A stretch of 64,000 nt of DNA from Camelus dromedarius (GCF_036321535.1 NC_087447.1:34474001-34538000); one strand, 5' to 3'. Positions 49,881 to 62,490 are shown, counted from the first letter of the stretch. The notes: generated by a model from the sequence alone, not told the origin. Translations and numbers: made by a program.

Positions 49881-52800
49881 GGTCAGCCAGCTCCTGCCTG
49901 TTAGGTTCCAGAGCCTCTTCAGAGCTCTGCCTACCGCTGCTCTGGCTTATTGCCCCCTCCCTACAGCTGTGCAGGACCTGCACACCGGCCTCTGGGTCCA
50001 CGGTCTCCAGAAGGCTCCAGAAGGAAGTCTTGTCTCTACCCTCAGCCTCACAGCCTCCTCTCAGAGGGCCAGCCAGCAGCTGCACATGACTCAGACAGTC
50101 TTCTACCCTAGTGGCCACCACTGACCACCCGATGTGAAAAATACAAGCTGATGACCTTGCTAGGACGTGGGGAGAAGCAGGGTTCAGTGTGGAGTCATAG
50201 GTCCCAGGCCCACCACCCCTCCCTGCTCATCACCAAATGGTGCAGGACCCAGGTTTGTAGGGTCCAAATGAATCAGCGGGAAGGCATGTGGATCCTAGAA
50301 GGGGTTTCTAGGCTGGCCTTCCCTTCCCCCTCCATCAAAGCACTGCCACAGCTCATGACGAGGGCCAGGGGAGCTGTAAAATCCCCATTTACCACAATTA
50401 GCAGATGAGTAATGAAGTGGCAGTGGCAGCTGGCAGTGGCCTCTGCTCTCCCGAGGCCACACCCCTGCTCCTGTGAGTGCCACAGAGGGACAGAAACCAG
50501 CAGAATACCTGGTACCCAGAGATACCTGGAGACACAGCACTGGCTTCTCCTGCTCTTCCAGAGTGTTTTGGATGCTACTAGGGAGATCGTGTTCTCTGCA
50601 AGAGGCCTGTGCTTAGAAAGTCTCCAAAAGCAGGGTGAAGCGAGGGACATGGGCCCCAAGGAGCAGAAAGGGGGAAAGAGAGAAAAGGAGGAAACTATGT
50701 CTGCAAGGACCCAGGGACAGGAAGCAACCGTCACGGGAATGGAAAGTAGGCTGTGTGACTGGAGTACAGAGTGAGGTGCGAGGATTGGGAAAGGGATGGA
50801 CAGTGGGGCAGAGACAAGTGGGGTCCCGTGAACCACGGGGAAGATTATGACATAGGGTTGGCATCTCATGGCTTCTACCCTTCTGCACTGCCAAGCCCTT
50901 TGAAGCTTTCTTCGCCTTTAGCAGCATTTTTTGCTTTGTCTGTAGATAGCCATACTTGCCCCAACATGGGCTGGGGCCAGCTTCTGAGCCACAGTCTGGT
51001 AAAATGCCCATGCATGTTTGTTTATGGGCGCATCACTTATAAGAGGATTAGAGGCAGCCATGTCCTTCCAGTGGTCCCTGAGGTCAGGGGCTGCCTTAGC
51101 GTGGAAGGCACCCTCCAGGAAACCCTCTGCCTCTTGTGGTCCAGCCAAGAAAGGACCTCAGGACCCTCCATCCCAAAAATAAGAGTTAAAGAAAGTCTCA
51201 GCCAGAGAGAAAGCGCTATTCCCACAAAATGCTTCCGTCCTGCTCAGCTCATCAAATCTGCTTTATGTAGCACAAAATGAACACAACCCTAATTAGCAGG
51301 TTCATGCTGCAGCTGAATTATCAAAAGCGCATCCTGCTTCCAGCCTTAGCATCCCCAGAGAAGGCACCGCATCTTCCCGAGATGTGTGTGGAATCATCAC
51401 TCCTCCTTTGCCTCATTTCCTCTGAGGAGCTATTTGCTGAAGATGATTCTCCCCCAGGTCAGATCCTCAGTGAACTGCCACGCCCTGGCTGGGTCTGGTT
51501 CAATGAGATGGGAGGGATAATACGGTGTATAGATGTGCCGGGCTGACTCACAAGCTAAGACAGGTGCAGCCAGGGAAGGCTGCCCTGAATGCCAGGCCTG
51601 GAAGGCGTTCATCTCGCATTCCTTCCTTCATTCAGCAGTTATTTACGGAGTGCCCACTCTGTTAAGCGGTGGAAGACAGCAAGGTATGGTGGTTCTCAGT
51701 GGGGATTCTACAGCTACAAAGTCGGGGTTCCACTGCTGGGCCTACCACCCAGTAACAATACAATCACTTTTACCCATGGGTCCTAATTGGCTTTCTCACC
51801 TGCGCAGGGTGCTGGGCTACTAGGGTGGGGGCCACAGAACTCTGGGTGAGAACCACTCCTCTAACCTCCTCGTGCAGCTGTTTCGTGGGTCACTGATTCC
51901 TGGTGCAACATCCTGATCAGCCTGGTCAGGAGCCTCACTCCCCTCTGTGGGCTTGACCTGGAATTCCGGACCAATTCCCAGGCCTTTGGTGCTCGACCAC
52001 CTCCTCCTTGCAGGGCTAAAGATAACTCAGCCACTCATTGCAGGCAAGACGGAGGGGAGTTTGGAGTACGTGATACTGAACTAAGTGCCAGGCACTGATT
52101 GGCAATTGGTGGGCACTGTTTTACATCATGCTCTCAGAAATTCTGCCAGCAGGTATCATTATTCCCATTTAAAGATGAAGACACTGAAGAGATCTGGTGA
52201 TTTGCCCAAGGATATGTGAGTGCTCAGGACCAACCAGAAAGCCTTGCATCAGGGCAGAGATTTCACAGAAGAGCCCCCTCCCCTGGCCTCTGCCTGGCCA
52301 GGATATGCTCACACACGTTAGGGTGGCTGTCAGTGTCTGTGCAATGCAGCTCTGAGATGAGCACATAACATCCCTGGGCAACCGGGAATGAGGTGCCCCG
52401 AGTGGACTGTGGGGGCCAATGGAAGAAGATGAGCCTTGAGTCCTTCTGTTAACTTCTCACCAATTCAAATTCCCTCTTTTCTACAGAAACCTACATGAAA
52501 TGTCACCTTTTAAACCTTGCTGATAACTTCACCTCTCACCATCTCTTTCTTTTTTGTTCACTGAAATTCCCAGCATTCACCCACTAAACCCCACTGTTAA
52601 TGGTATTACTTGGGGCCTTGTGGGTGGTGACCTGGGTCTTTTGCTCACGCCAGGCCAGCAGGGAGCCATTTGGCTTTATCTCAGTCCCATTTCTCCTGCC
52701 CTCTCCCTTCAGAGGTTGCTGACCAACAGTCAGAGGGATCAAAATGGAGCCAGCCAAGACTGCAAGAACCTCCACCGTCTTCTCCTGCCCCCCCTGCCCC

Positions 52801-52999
52801 CTTGACGTTAGCCAAAGGAAAACAAAACAGTGAAAGCAGACGTGCTCATTTTGCTTTCAACTTGGTGGGGATGAGCTGTGGTACAGAAGGATTCACCTAG
52901 GTGTGCAGAGTAGCACAAGCCTGTGGGCTGAAAAGAACTCAGCCACAAAAGGGCTCTCAGCTCGGCCTCTTTTATCCACAACACACGGACACACATTGA

Positions 53000-53375
53000 T
53001 GACATCCTACTTTATATCTCCAGCCAGGACACCTTCCCTGAATTCCATACTCACACATCCAGCCGTCTATTTGACATCTCCCCTGGATGTCTAACAGAAA
53101 TCTCCAACTTCGTGTTTTAAAAACAGACTCCTACTCTGCTTCTCCAAATTGGCTCCATGGGAAGCCTTCCCATCTCAGTCAATGGCAAGTTCATCCTTCC
53201 AGTTGCTCAGGCTGAAACCCTTGAAGTCATCCTTGATACCCTCCTTTTCCTCCCACGTCTCATCCATCAATCAGCAAATCCTGCCAGCTCTACCTTCAAG
53301 ACACATCCCCCTCTGACCGCTTCTGGCCACTCCCTGGCCTCCAGCATCGCTCCCTGAATTACTGCCATAGTCCCA
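53000..53375 (+). mobile_element. L2 LINE fragment
   Basis: tgacatctcccctggatgtctaac...cccatctcagtcaatggcaagttcatccttccagttgctcaggc. Confidence 0.88.
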
Positions 53376-55065
53376 CAAACACACATCTGTACCAAGGGGA
53401 GACAGTGAAATTATTTACTATCCAAGTACATGAGCTTTACAGAATAATTGTTAAGATTTTCATACTCTGGACTGTCAAACAGCCATTTAAGACGATGCTG
53501 AAGAGCAATCAAGAACTGCCTGGGCAGACTGTACTTGAAATTGTCAGGTTAAAAAAGAAAAGAACACATGTAAACTGGAGAATTATATTCAAAAATGTTC
53601 TCTGGGTTCCAAAATTACACAGATGTAAAGTTTCTTCTTCTATGTTTGTCTATATTTTCTAAAATTAAAACAATGAAATTTCATTATTAGGAAAAATGGC
53701 TACTTAAAAAAATGTAAAATGATGGGGGAAAAAAGGCAGAAAGAAGACAGAAGCAGAGACAATGTATGGTTGGTGACAAGGAGGGAGAGGCCAGTTTCCC
53801 TCTCTGGCATAGAACGTGTGAGTGCTCAGTCCCATGAGCCCCCATTTCTCAGATGGAGAAAGAGAGGCCCAGAGATGTATGGTGAGTTGCCTAGAATAAA
53901 AGTGGCTGCTTTCTTTTATTTCTCGGTGCCAGACACCATGCAACTTGCTTCATACATATGACAACATTCATTCCTCACACTAGCTGTCTCAGGCTAGGCA
54001 TCCCAGCCCCCTGCTCCATCCCATTCTACAGCTGAGGAAACAGAGGCTTACAGGAATTGCAGAACTTGCCCAGAATGCCATGGCTGGTTACATTCAAAGC
54101 TAGCGTCCAAACCCCAAAGTCCATACCATTAACTACTATTGTTTTGTCACTTTACAAAGTCATAAGTTAAGTTAGGAGTGGAGAACCAAGGTTTCCAACT
54201 CCCCAGTCAGCTTCCCACGTTTGAAGACAGAAGGTGGACGAGCAGAATTAAACAGCTCAGAGGCCTCTAACACTTCGCTGGGCCTCGTCTCAGCCCGGCA
54301 CACAGCCTGGGCCTGCCTGGGCCAGGGCTGCCTCCTCTGGTCAGATTCATGAGTCCAAATTTTCCCTCATAAAAAAAGCAGCTGCTGCGGGCAGGCTTTC
54401 AGAGAGCCTGGGGCGGCCGCAGCGGGAAGACCAACCAGGCTTGGTGGGGGGAACACCCCAGGGCAGCCTGACCTCCTACCCAGAGTCCTCTCCTATGTGG
54501 TTCCCTCCCAGGCGGCAAACTCATCATTGACTTAGGGAGTACCTCCTAGGGTGGAAGGCCAAACACAACTCTGAATCAAATTTCAGGGATAAAAAGGTTG
54601 AGATGAGGAGGAGGTGGGCTCTGGTTCCATCAGCAATTCTGGGCCGTGTGAGAGGGAGCCGTATGCCTGAGGGATTCTTGTGGCCTGACGGGTACAACTG
54701 GGCTGAAAAGTTGACATATAGTTTCCCTAAAATGTATGTAAAAATAAGGTCAGAAGAACAGCAGTGTTAAACTGTTCAAAGGATCTGATGAGCGTGTAAG
54801 TTAAACCCTGGGCAAATTGAATTCTTCTAGTTTTGAGGACAACGGTCGCATCCCTGAGCTGGAAAATAAGCAAATGGGGATTTCCCTGCTATAGGCACCC
54901 TACATGACAAACACAACACGGACCAGTGCAGCCACCAGAGGCATCTTGAGGGGGCAGAATGGCCCTCAGGAATTTGGGCCTGGATGCTAACCTTGGTGCA
55001 GGTATTAGCATTTTTAAAGAATAAATATAGGTCAGGCTAAAGGGGTGGGGCAGGGTGGGAGTTGG

Positions 55066-55516
55066 TGTATTAGTGTTCGAGGGCTGTCATAACAAAGTGC
55101 CACCAACTGGGGGGCTTAAACCCACAGATACTTATTTTCATAGTTCTGGAGGCTAGAAAGCCAAAATCAAAATGTCAACAGGGGGATGTGCCCCCTGGGA
55201 CTCTAGGGTGAATCCTTCCTTGCCCCTTCCCAGCTTCTGGAGGTGGCCAGCGATCCCTGGCATTCCTTGGCTTGCAGCCGCATCCTCCAATCTCTGTCTC
55301 CATTGTCACATGGGGTTCTCCTCCCTGGGTGTGTCTCTCCTCTTCTTATAAGGACACAAGTCATATTGAATTAAGGGCCTGTTCCCCTCCAATCAGACCT
55401 CATCTTAACTAATCATGTCTGCAATGACCCAAGTTCCAAGTAAGGTTGCATCCTGAGATACTAGGAGTGAGGACTTTCACGTATCTTTTAGGGGGGATGC
55501 AGTTCAACCTACAGCA
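55066..55516 (-). mobile_element. MLT1 (MLT1B/C-like) solo LTR with 5-bp TSD
   Basis: tgtattagt...gggctgtcataacaaagtgccacc...gttctggaggctagaa...cttataaggacac. TG..CA ends; GTTGG at 55061-55065 and 55517-55521. Confidence 0.93.
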
Positions 55517-57646
55517 GTTGGCCACAAGAGAAACAAAAAGAATGAGAGCATCAGAGAGTGGGGAGGATGCATACAACATGCCAAGCATCACTGTGCACTG
55601 GCGTGGGCTCTGCAGGGGAAGGGCTGCATCTGCTTTCATCACTGGAGCCCCAGAGCAGTCCTGGTCCAAGAACACAGGTCCGCACCCCCATGCAGATTCC
55701 CTGTTGCTGCCATTCAGCAAGAGGAGCATGGTGGCCACACCAGGGTGGGATCTGACTGAACAATCAACAGATCTTCCCTAAGGGACGTCGGCCCCGCTGC
55801 ATAGTGTTCCACGTGAAGAGCCACTGCGATGATTAGAACCATTAAAAATACCATTTGCTCTCCGACACCAGTGGGTCTCAACTTTTTTTTTTTTTTTTTG
55901 GTTGAGAATAACACCCCTTCAGATACAGAAACTGTGGATGACACACTTAAAGGCGTAAAAAGACATGAAACAAGTCAGCAATAATAACATTTCACTGCTG
56001 CAGCAGAGCCGAGTCTCACCCTTTCTACGGAAGTGCCAGGCGATCGCACTCATCATGCAGGGTCTTTAGAAGCATCCTTGGAAATCACAAGGAGCCGGCC
56101 ATCCCTCCACCCGGCCCCTGACCTCGGCCTAGGTCGCTGTGTGAGTAGAGTTATTTATTGCCCTTTCTATGCTCTCCTGCGTATTTCCCAAGCAAAGTTC
56201 TCACGTCAATCTAAGAATTAACTTTCCACTTCTTATCCACAGCAGGTTATACTCCCTTTCTTGCAGCATCAGCCAAACCAGGGGAAATAGTCCATGTATT
56301 CTGTTATTGCAAAAATGAGCTTCACTTGTTGATCTGATCACAATCTGCTGTACGCCTGTGCAGGGGTGTGTGTGGGACGGCAGTACTGAGGCATGCTGCT
56401 GGGAAACCATCTCTGGGACTGATGAGAAGGGGACCAGGGTATTTCCAAACTTTTTTTCCTGCAAAGCTTGAAACAGTGTGTGATTTATGCCTAACTCTGA
56501 GTTATCTAGAAAGTCAAATTAGCCGCTTTGCCCCTTTCTAATGAACTGAGCTTTCACTCTAAGAACCTAAAATCTGATGTGAATGCATTACAGTTATTCG
56601 TGATTTGAGCCTCTCTCAGGAGACAGGACTCCTTCCTCTTCCTTCTTTCCCCTTCCTTCTATGCAGCCACTTAGCAGATGGCACCTCTGTGCCACTTCCC
56701 ACAGCCTCCTACCTTTCCCAGATTTCTCTCCAAGAGAGCCCGTTTCAGCCTCCACCTCTAAATAAGTCCCAGCCTCTGTGCTCAGAGGCTGCTCCAGAAA
56801 GGAAGCTGCCAGCTATGGGTTTCACTTACATCTAATCAAAGAGGCTGTTTTCCCTGGAGACCAAGTCACAGGACTCTTCAAATTGCCACCCACCCTTTCC
56901 CTGTGGCTCCCAGCTCTCAGCATCTACCGGACACCCCACCTCCTTCCCACCCCTCAGGAAGGGTACCTCAGGGTCCCTAAAGAACCTACTGAGTAGAAAG
57001 CTCCCCAGCGAACAGAGAGATTTCCTGATGGGAAGGGAAACAGAGTTTGTCTCTCTCCCTTGGAATCTGTCCAGGCAGAGCAATGTCAAAGACTGGGCTG
57101 GGGTACAAAAGGCATTAGGCAGGAACCCCAAAGGACAGCATGCAGAATTCTGGCCATCAGACCCCAGAATGTGTTGTTACTGGCTCCATCCATTCCTATT
57201 TGGCAAATGCAGTTTTTGGATAGGACGCTGTTTTTCAGTCTGGGCTCCATGTGCCAAGTGTCCTGGGTCAGAGGGAAAAGCTGGTGTCCACGCCAGATGG
57301 CAGGGCCTGAGGCTGGGGAGAGGCCACAGAGCTCGCCAGGGCCCCAGCGGTGGCCCAGGCCCAGCAGAGCCGTCACCAGGGCACCGAGGCCTGGGCCACA
57401 AGGGTGGTGTTCTCTCCTTCTGGCCCTTCCCTCCAGCCTCACCTCCCAGGCCTGAACAGAAGGGTGATGGAGACGGGCAGAGAGACAGCAATTTTTCGGG
57501 GAGAAGTCAACAGCATCTGCTTCCAGAGGCTCTAAGGCCCAGAGAGGCTGCAGGAAAATCTCCCACTTCTCAGCCTGGAGTTTCCCACGCACCCCTCCTC
57601 CCAGCTCCGTGCCTCCAGATGCCTTCCCTGCTGTTTTCTGTTTCTC

Positions 57647-58260
57647 ATTTTTTTTTTTTTAAATAATAGCAGCTCTATTGATGGATCGTTCTCATACAAT
57701 TCACCTATTTAAAGTACACAACGCAATGGTGTTTAGTATATTCACAGAGTTAGGCAACCAACACCACGATCAATTTTCACCCTACAACCCACCGCCCGGA
57801 ATAATCCATACCCTCTCCTGTGAGGACACGCTGCCTGGACTGCCTCCTGGTCCCAATCGCCCTCAGCGCAACCATTGCTTTATCAGTTGTTTCCGTAGCT
57901 CAGGGAGCATTTGTATACTTCAGAAGACAACACAAATTAAAAAGAGAAGAAACAGTACAGCATCGTCGAGAAATCTGACCAGTAATACAAAAAAATCATC
58001 AAGGAGAATCTAATAAATAGTGAGATGTCTGTCAATGAAGCTTTTGAGGAACAGGAATTGTTAACCTCTCCACAAACTGACTGACCTGATTTTAAAATGG
58101 TGCTGAAATATCTCAGTGCAAATTGTTTATCCACAAAAAATACATCCATTAGCAGTCACTCGCCTTTCCTCTCATGCTTCCCCAAACCTAGGCAACCATT
58201 AATCTACTTGCTGTTTGTCTGTTTGCTTATTCTGGACATTTTGTACAAATGGAATCGTAC
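57647..58260 (-). mobile_element. L1MB-like 3' end interrupted by a non-L1 insert
   Basis: Poly-T 57647-57660 and tagtatattcacagagtt...caattttc. L1 resumes after the insert as ccattagcagtcact...ggcaaccattaatctact...tattctggacattt. Confidence 0.88.
57813..58140 (+). pseudogene. Putative 5'-truncated processed pseudogene fragment of an unidentified type I membrane protein
   Basis: With frameshifts it reads SCEDTLPGLPPG/IALSATIALSVVSVAQGAFVYFRR...ENLINSEMSVNEAFEEQELLTSPQTD* (TGA 58082-58084), then about 50 nt of UTR and an A6 run. It sits inside an L1. Confidence 0.55.
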
Positions 58261-58949
58261 CTTACTTACCTTTCAAGCCCTGCTGGAGCCCAGGTTAAGC
58301 CTCCTGGGGCTTGTGTGTCTGCCGGGGACCACGGCCCCAGGCTGGGCTACATGCGCTGATGAGTGAAGGAGTGGGTACAAAACCCCTACCTCCTCCTGCA
58401 TCCATGCCTTTTCTCCGAGTCCCTGGGTCTCCCAGCTGCTATCTCTGATGACAACCGTGGGCTGACAAGACCCACAGACATGGAGTCAGGAAATATGGGC
58501 ACAGGGAGAGGCTTTGCCATTTGCTGGCTCTGTGACCCTGACAAGTCACTTAAACCTCCTGGGCTCATTCCTCAGACACACCCTAGAATTAATAAATATG
58601 CCTACCTCACAGCCTTGGGGTGAAGGTCACACAAGAAGGGACATGTGAACACACATAGTGTGCATCATAAAGCCATATGCAAATGAACACAGCATCACCC
58701 CAGCTCTTTTTGGTTTATAGCCAAAGTGAAGAGCTGGTCTTCCTACCATGACAAGTCTATGTCCTCCCCTCCCTACCTTTATTCCTCTGTGTTCTTTTCT
58801 TTCTGTGCCTATGACATAGTTGCCAAGGATAACTCAAGAGATGCTGCCCCGAGAAGCCAGGAAAAGAAGAGATGACCACTCCCCGGGCTCCTTGGTGAGA
58901 AAACAAAATGCCCGGTCCTCACCGGGCAGGTTGCCACACAAAGTGCGTG

Positions 58950-59340
58950 GGCAGAGACCAAGAGCCTGGACTTTGGACAGGGATGGGTATGACCTTCAGG
59001 GCTGGCTGGGTCATGTCACCTCTGGCAGTCCAATTAACCTCCTCTCACCTGTTTCCTCACCTGTACAATTTGGGATAAAAATAGTTATGACTTCATGAGG
59101 TATGTGCCAGGATTACCTGAGAGGAGGGCTTAGCACAGAGTGGGCCTAGTGGTCAAGGTAAATTGTAGGGAGAGGGTGTAGCTCAAGTGGTAGACCACAT
59201 GCCTAGCATGCACAAGGTCCTGGGTTCAATCCCCAGTACCTCCTCTAGAGGTAAAAAAATAAACCTAATTACCTCCCTCCTCAAAAAAAAAAAACTGAAA
59301 AAGATAAATTGTAGCCACTGTTATTAGTACTCTCTTGGTT
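58950..59340 (+). mobile_element. MIR interrupted by the camelid SINE
   Basis: attaacctcctctcacctgtttcctcacctgtacaatttgggataaaaatag...gcttagcacagagtg. Confidence 0.75.
59169..59300 (+). mobile_element. Camelid tRNA-derived SINE (vic-1-like) with TSD
   Basis: A box TAGCTCAAGTGG, B box GGTTCAATCC, tail aaataaacctaattacctcc plus poly-A. TSD AAGGTAAATTGTAG (59155-59168) / AAGATAAATTGTAG (59301-59314). Confidence 0.92.
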
Positions 59341-59406
59341 GTAATTATTATTGCTGTTATCAGAGAGGGAGCTAGCATGCTGGTGAGAAACACCAGCTCC
59401 CACCTC

Positions 59407-59654
59407 CTTTTAAATATATTCACAGAGTTGTGCAACTATCATGACAATCAATTTTCACCCTATCTCCCCCTCCCCCTCCAAAAAATAGCCCGTACGCACT
59501 TCGGCGAGGACGCACTGCCTGGACAGCCTGCTGGTAGCGTCACCCTCAGTGTAACCGTTGCTTTATCAGCTGTGCTAGTACCTCTGGGAGCATTCGTGTA
59601 TTTCAGAAGCGAACACATTTAAAAGAGAAGTAACAGTATGGCATCATCAAGGAG
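59407..59654 (+). pseudogene. Diverged second copy of the L1MB/retrocopy junction
   Basis: Colinear with about 57735-57970. Reads EDALPGQPAGSVTLSVTVALSAVLVPLGAFVYFRSEHI*. Confidence 0.8.
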
Positions 59655-61169
59655 TTTGGTGGCTTCAGGCCAGTCTCCACCACCTCTCTGTGCCCCAGTT
59701 TCCTCAACTTATCATAGACACGAAAATAGTATAACTGAGAGGGTCAATGAGTTCATTCCCATGGTGTGTTTCAAACAGTGCCTGGCACAGAGAGCTTTGG
59801 AAGGACTTGTTACCATCACTTCCTGAAGTGGTTTTCCTCATTGCCTCGCAGATCAACGTGGCTCCTGGATACCTTCCCCTGCCCTTCTCCCAGTGTACCC
59901 TGAGTCCCTATATTCCATCTTAAAAGTCCTTCTGATAGTTTTCCCGATTGTAAAATAGCCTCTATTTTTCCAATCCCACCTAACAGTCTGTTTACACCTG
60001 TAAAAGTCCAAGAACTGAAAGCACTAGATAGTTCCCCCTGGAAAATGCTAAGTCCAGAGGAGGAACACCCCAGGAATAAGGAAAAGCCCCCAGACCTTAG
60101 AGGTGGGTCCCTGGCTGCAGATTCAGCTTGTACATATCTTTCTGGCTGGATGTCCAAGGCAAGATTAAAGCAATTCCAGCAAATGTCAGGAGCTCCACTG
60201 CCCAGCCCCCAGAATACAATTCCATTTCTTTCTTAGCATTCTAGGGGCAGCGAATCTGTGGCTTGAGGGGGTAAAATATTGATGAAATCCACAGAACCAA
60301 CAAAGAGAAGGTGGAGCAACCGATTATCTTCCCATCTTGCCTCCACTGATTACATCATCATTTATTACAGCTCAGCGGGAAAAAGCTGGGAAAAGCATCC
60401 TGTGATCCCAGGTTGAAAAAAATATCCCACCTTTCAAGGCTGAGAATACAAGCCTGATTCAGCCAAACCTTAAATGCACTTGAGTCCAATCCCTTTACAA
60501 TTCTTCCTATGGAAAAGTGTAAAAGCTGAACAAGATAGTCCGGCCTTCCCAGGGTGCACAGGACACAGACACAGACGCTCCTGTCCAAACTCGGAGATGT
60601 CATCATCCAAGGCTGGGTGCTCCTCTGAGAGCTTGAAGCCCACGACTGATGACAGTGTCCCTGTCCCACATGATTTTGTGCGCATGCACCCACACGTATG
60701 AACAAGGGACTAAACATCAGAGAAGGACCAAGTTAGAAGGGATCTTAAGGGTTGTCCAACCACCTGTCCCACCCTCACTTTACAGAAGAGGGCACGGTGT
60801 CGCGAGCAAAGACTAACTCACCCTATTTAATGCTCTGTCCTTTCTCTTTTTTGTTTCCTCATTTGTCAAACGCAAATCATTTCCCCTTACATTGCAGGGG
60901 TTTTGAGGACTAAAGGGACAACATAGTCCCTGAAATGCAGTAGATGGTTAATAATTTTACTTTCTTCCCTTCCTTCTCACCCCGCCCTGATATGTAATAA
61001 TCATGTTTTGTTTGCTTTTTTTTTTTTTTTCCTGAACGCTTAGTAAGACCACAGTCAATCTACCAAACATCGAGGAAGCTGGGAAAGCCATGACATTCTC
61101 ACCTTGTAAGACACAAGTTTTCCCCCATTGCAGGTGGTGGGACTTTGGAGATTTTATCCATTCATCCAT

Positions 61170-61560
61170 TTATTCAGCAAATTCGGAGTCAGTTGTTGTT
61201 CTAAGCATTTGTGGACACAGTAGTGAGCAAAACAGTTATTGAGAGAGAAAGATCTTAAACAAATCATTACACCCCTAATAATTTAATTAAAATTCTGATA
61301 AGTGATACAAAAAGCAGACAGGTGGCTGTAGAAGCATATAACAGGGAGACTTAACACAGCCTGGGGTGGAGGCAGTCTTCCTTGGAGACTTCACGAAGAC
61401 CTGAAGGAAGGCTTCCTTGAGGAACATTTGTGCTCACATGTGAAAGATGATTAGAAATTTGTCCAACAATAAATGGGGCTGGGAATGAGGGCTGAGAAAT
61501 GCAGCCCTGGAAGAGAGAACAACATGTGCAAAGGCCCTGGGGAGAGAAATTACCTGCCAT
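61170..61560 (-). mobile_element. L2 3' end
   Basis: tccattcatccatttattcagcaaa...ggacacagtagtgagcaaaac...aacaacatgtgcaaaggccctg. Confidence 0.8.
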
Positions 61561-62029
61561 ATTAGAGAAACCACAGAGGATAAGAGAGAGAAGTCCAAGG
61601 CTGCTTTTGTACTTGTACACTTATTTCCTTAGTTTAGGGGAGGACCAAGGTCAGCAATCTCAGAGCCCTGAGGAGGAAGGACTATTAGACGGGGAGCCAA
61701 ATGAGTCAGTTCATTAATCCTGACCCTAATCTTGACCCCTGGATCAAACCAGGGTAGGACTTGCTGCAACTCCACAGGAATTAGTGGGGCAGTGCTAGGA
61801 AGAGACACATGAACCCCTGGGGCTGAGCATGGCTAGTCCACAGAACAGCCCCCACTAGGAGATGCTGATTAAAACACCCCCTCCCCCACACTCACCCCAT
61901 TGCCTCTATTGTAAAAGGAAGTGTACTCCTTATTTTATCAAGGGCCAATCTTCCAGAACCAACTTGACATCTAGTAGACTGGATGTCTCTCAGCATTTAT
62001 TCAGGCTTCATGTCTTTATTAATCCTCAT

Positions 62030-62490
62030 GCCAGGAGCACTGTACTTAACGGGTGAGAGCTTGGGCTCTGGACTGCCCGGGTTTGAATCCTGATGTTGTC
62101 ATCTGCTAGCTGTGTAACCTCAGGCAAGTGTCTTCACCTTTCTGTGTCCTCACTTACAAAGTTAGGATAACAATTTATTCACTTCCTAGGGTTGTTATAA
62201 AGGTTAAATGAGATGATGGATATAAAAATCAGGACACACAGGTGGAAATCTTCAAAAATGGCAGCTTTATTATTATAATTTTAGTAATATCATCATCATA
62301 GCAACCGCGTAGTACACGTCCACAATGTTCCAAAAACTGAGCTAAGTATTCCATATACTTTATCTTGAATGCTCCCACAAGTTTAGTATAATGACCCTTA
62401 TTTTTTAAATGAGGAAGCAGAGGCTCAAAGGAAATAAGTGATACAGCTATTAAGTGACAGAGAGAAGATTCAAACCCAGGCTCCAAAAGC
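62030..62490. mobile_element. Tail-to-tail MIR pair
   Basis: ctagctgtgtaacctcaggcaagtgtcttcacc (plus); aaatgaggaagcagaggctcaaag...gattcaaacccagg (minus). Confidence 0.85.

Noticed and set aside
50273..51280. Overlapping 120-198 aa ORFs
   Set aside because: No recognisable homology, no consistent splice pair, and ORFs on both strands.
52685..52900. Strong polypyrimidine acceptor at about 52712 followed by an open frame
   Set aside because: Only a weak donor (TAG|GTGTGC) coinciding with an in-frame stop; peptide unrecognised.
57028..57666. Longest ORF in the track (212 aa)
   Set aside because: G/P/R-rich composition typical of GC-rich chance ORFs, overlapping ORFs in several frames, ends in the L1 poly-T, no recognisable domain.
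59169..59242. tRNA gene
   Set aside because: Has a SINE tail, poly-A and TSD, and the acceptor stem pairs poorly; it is a SINE.
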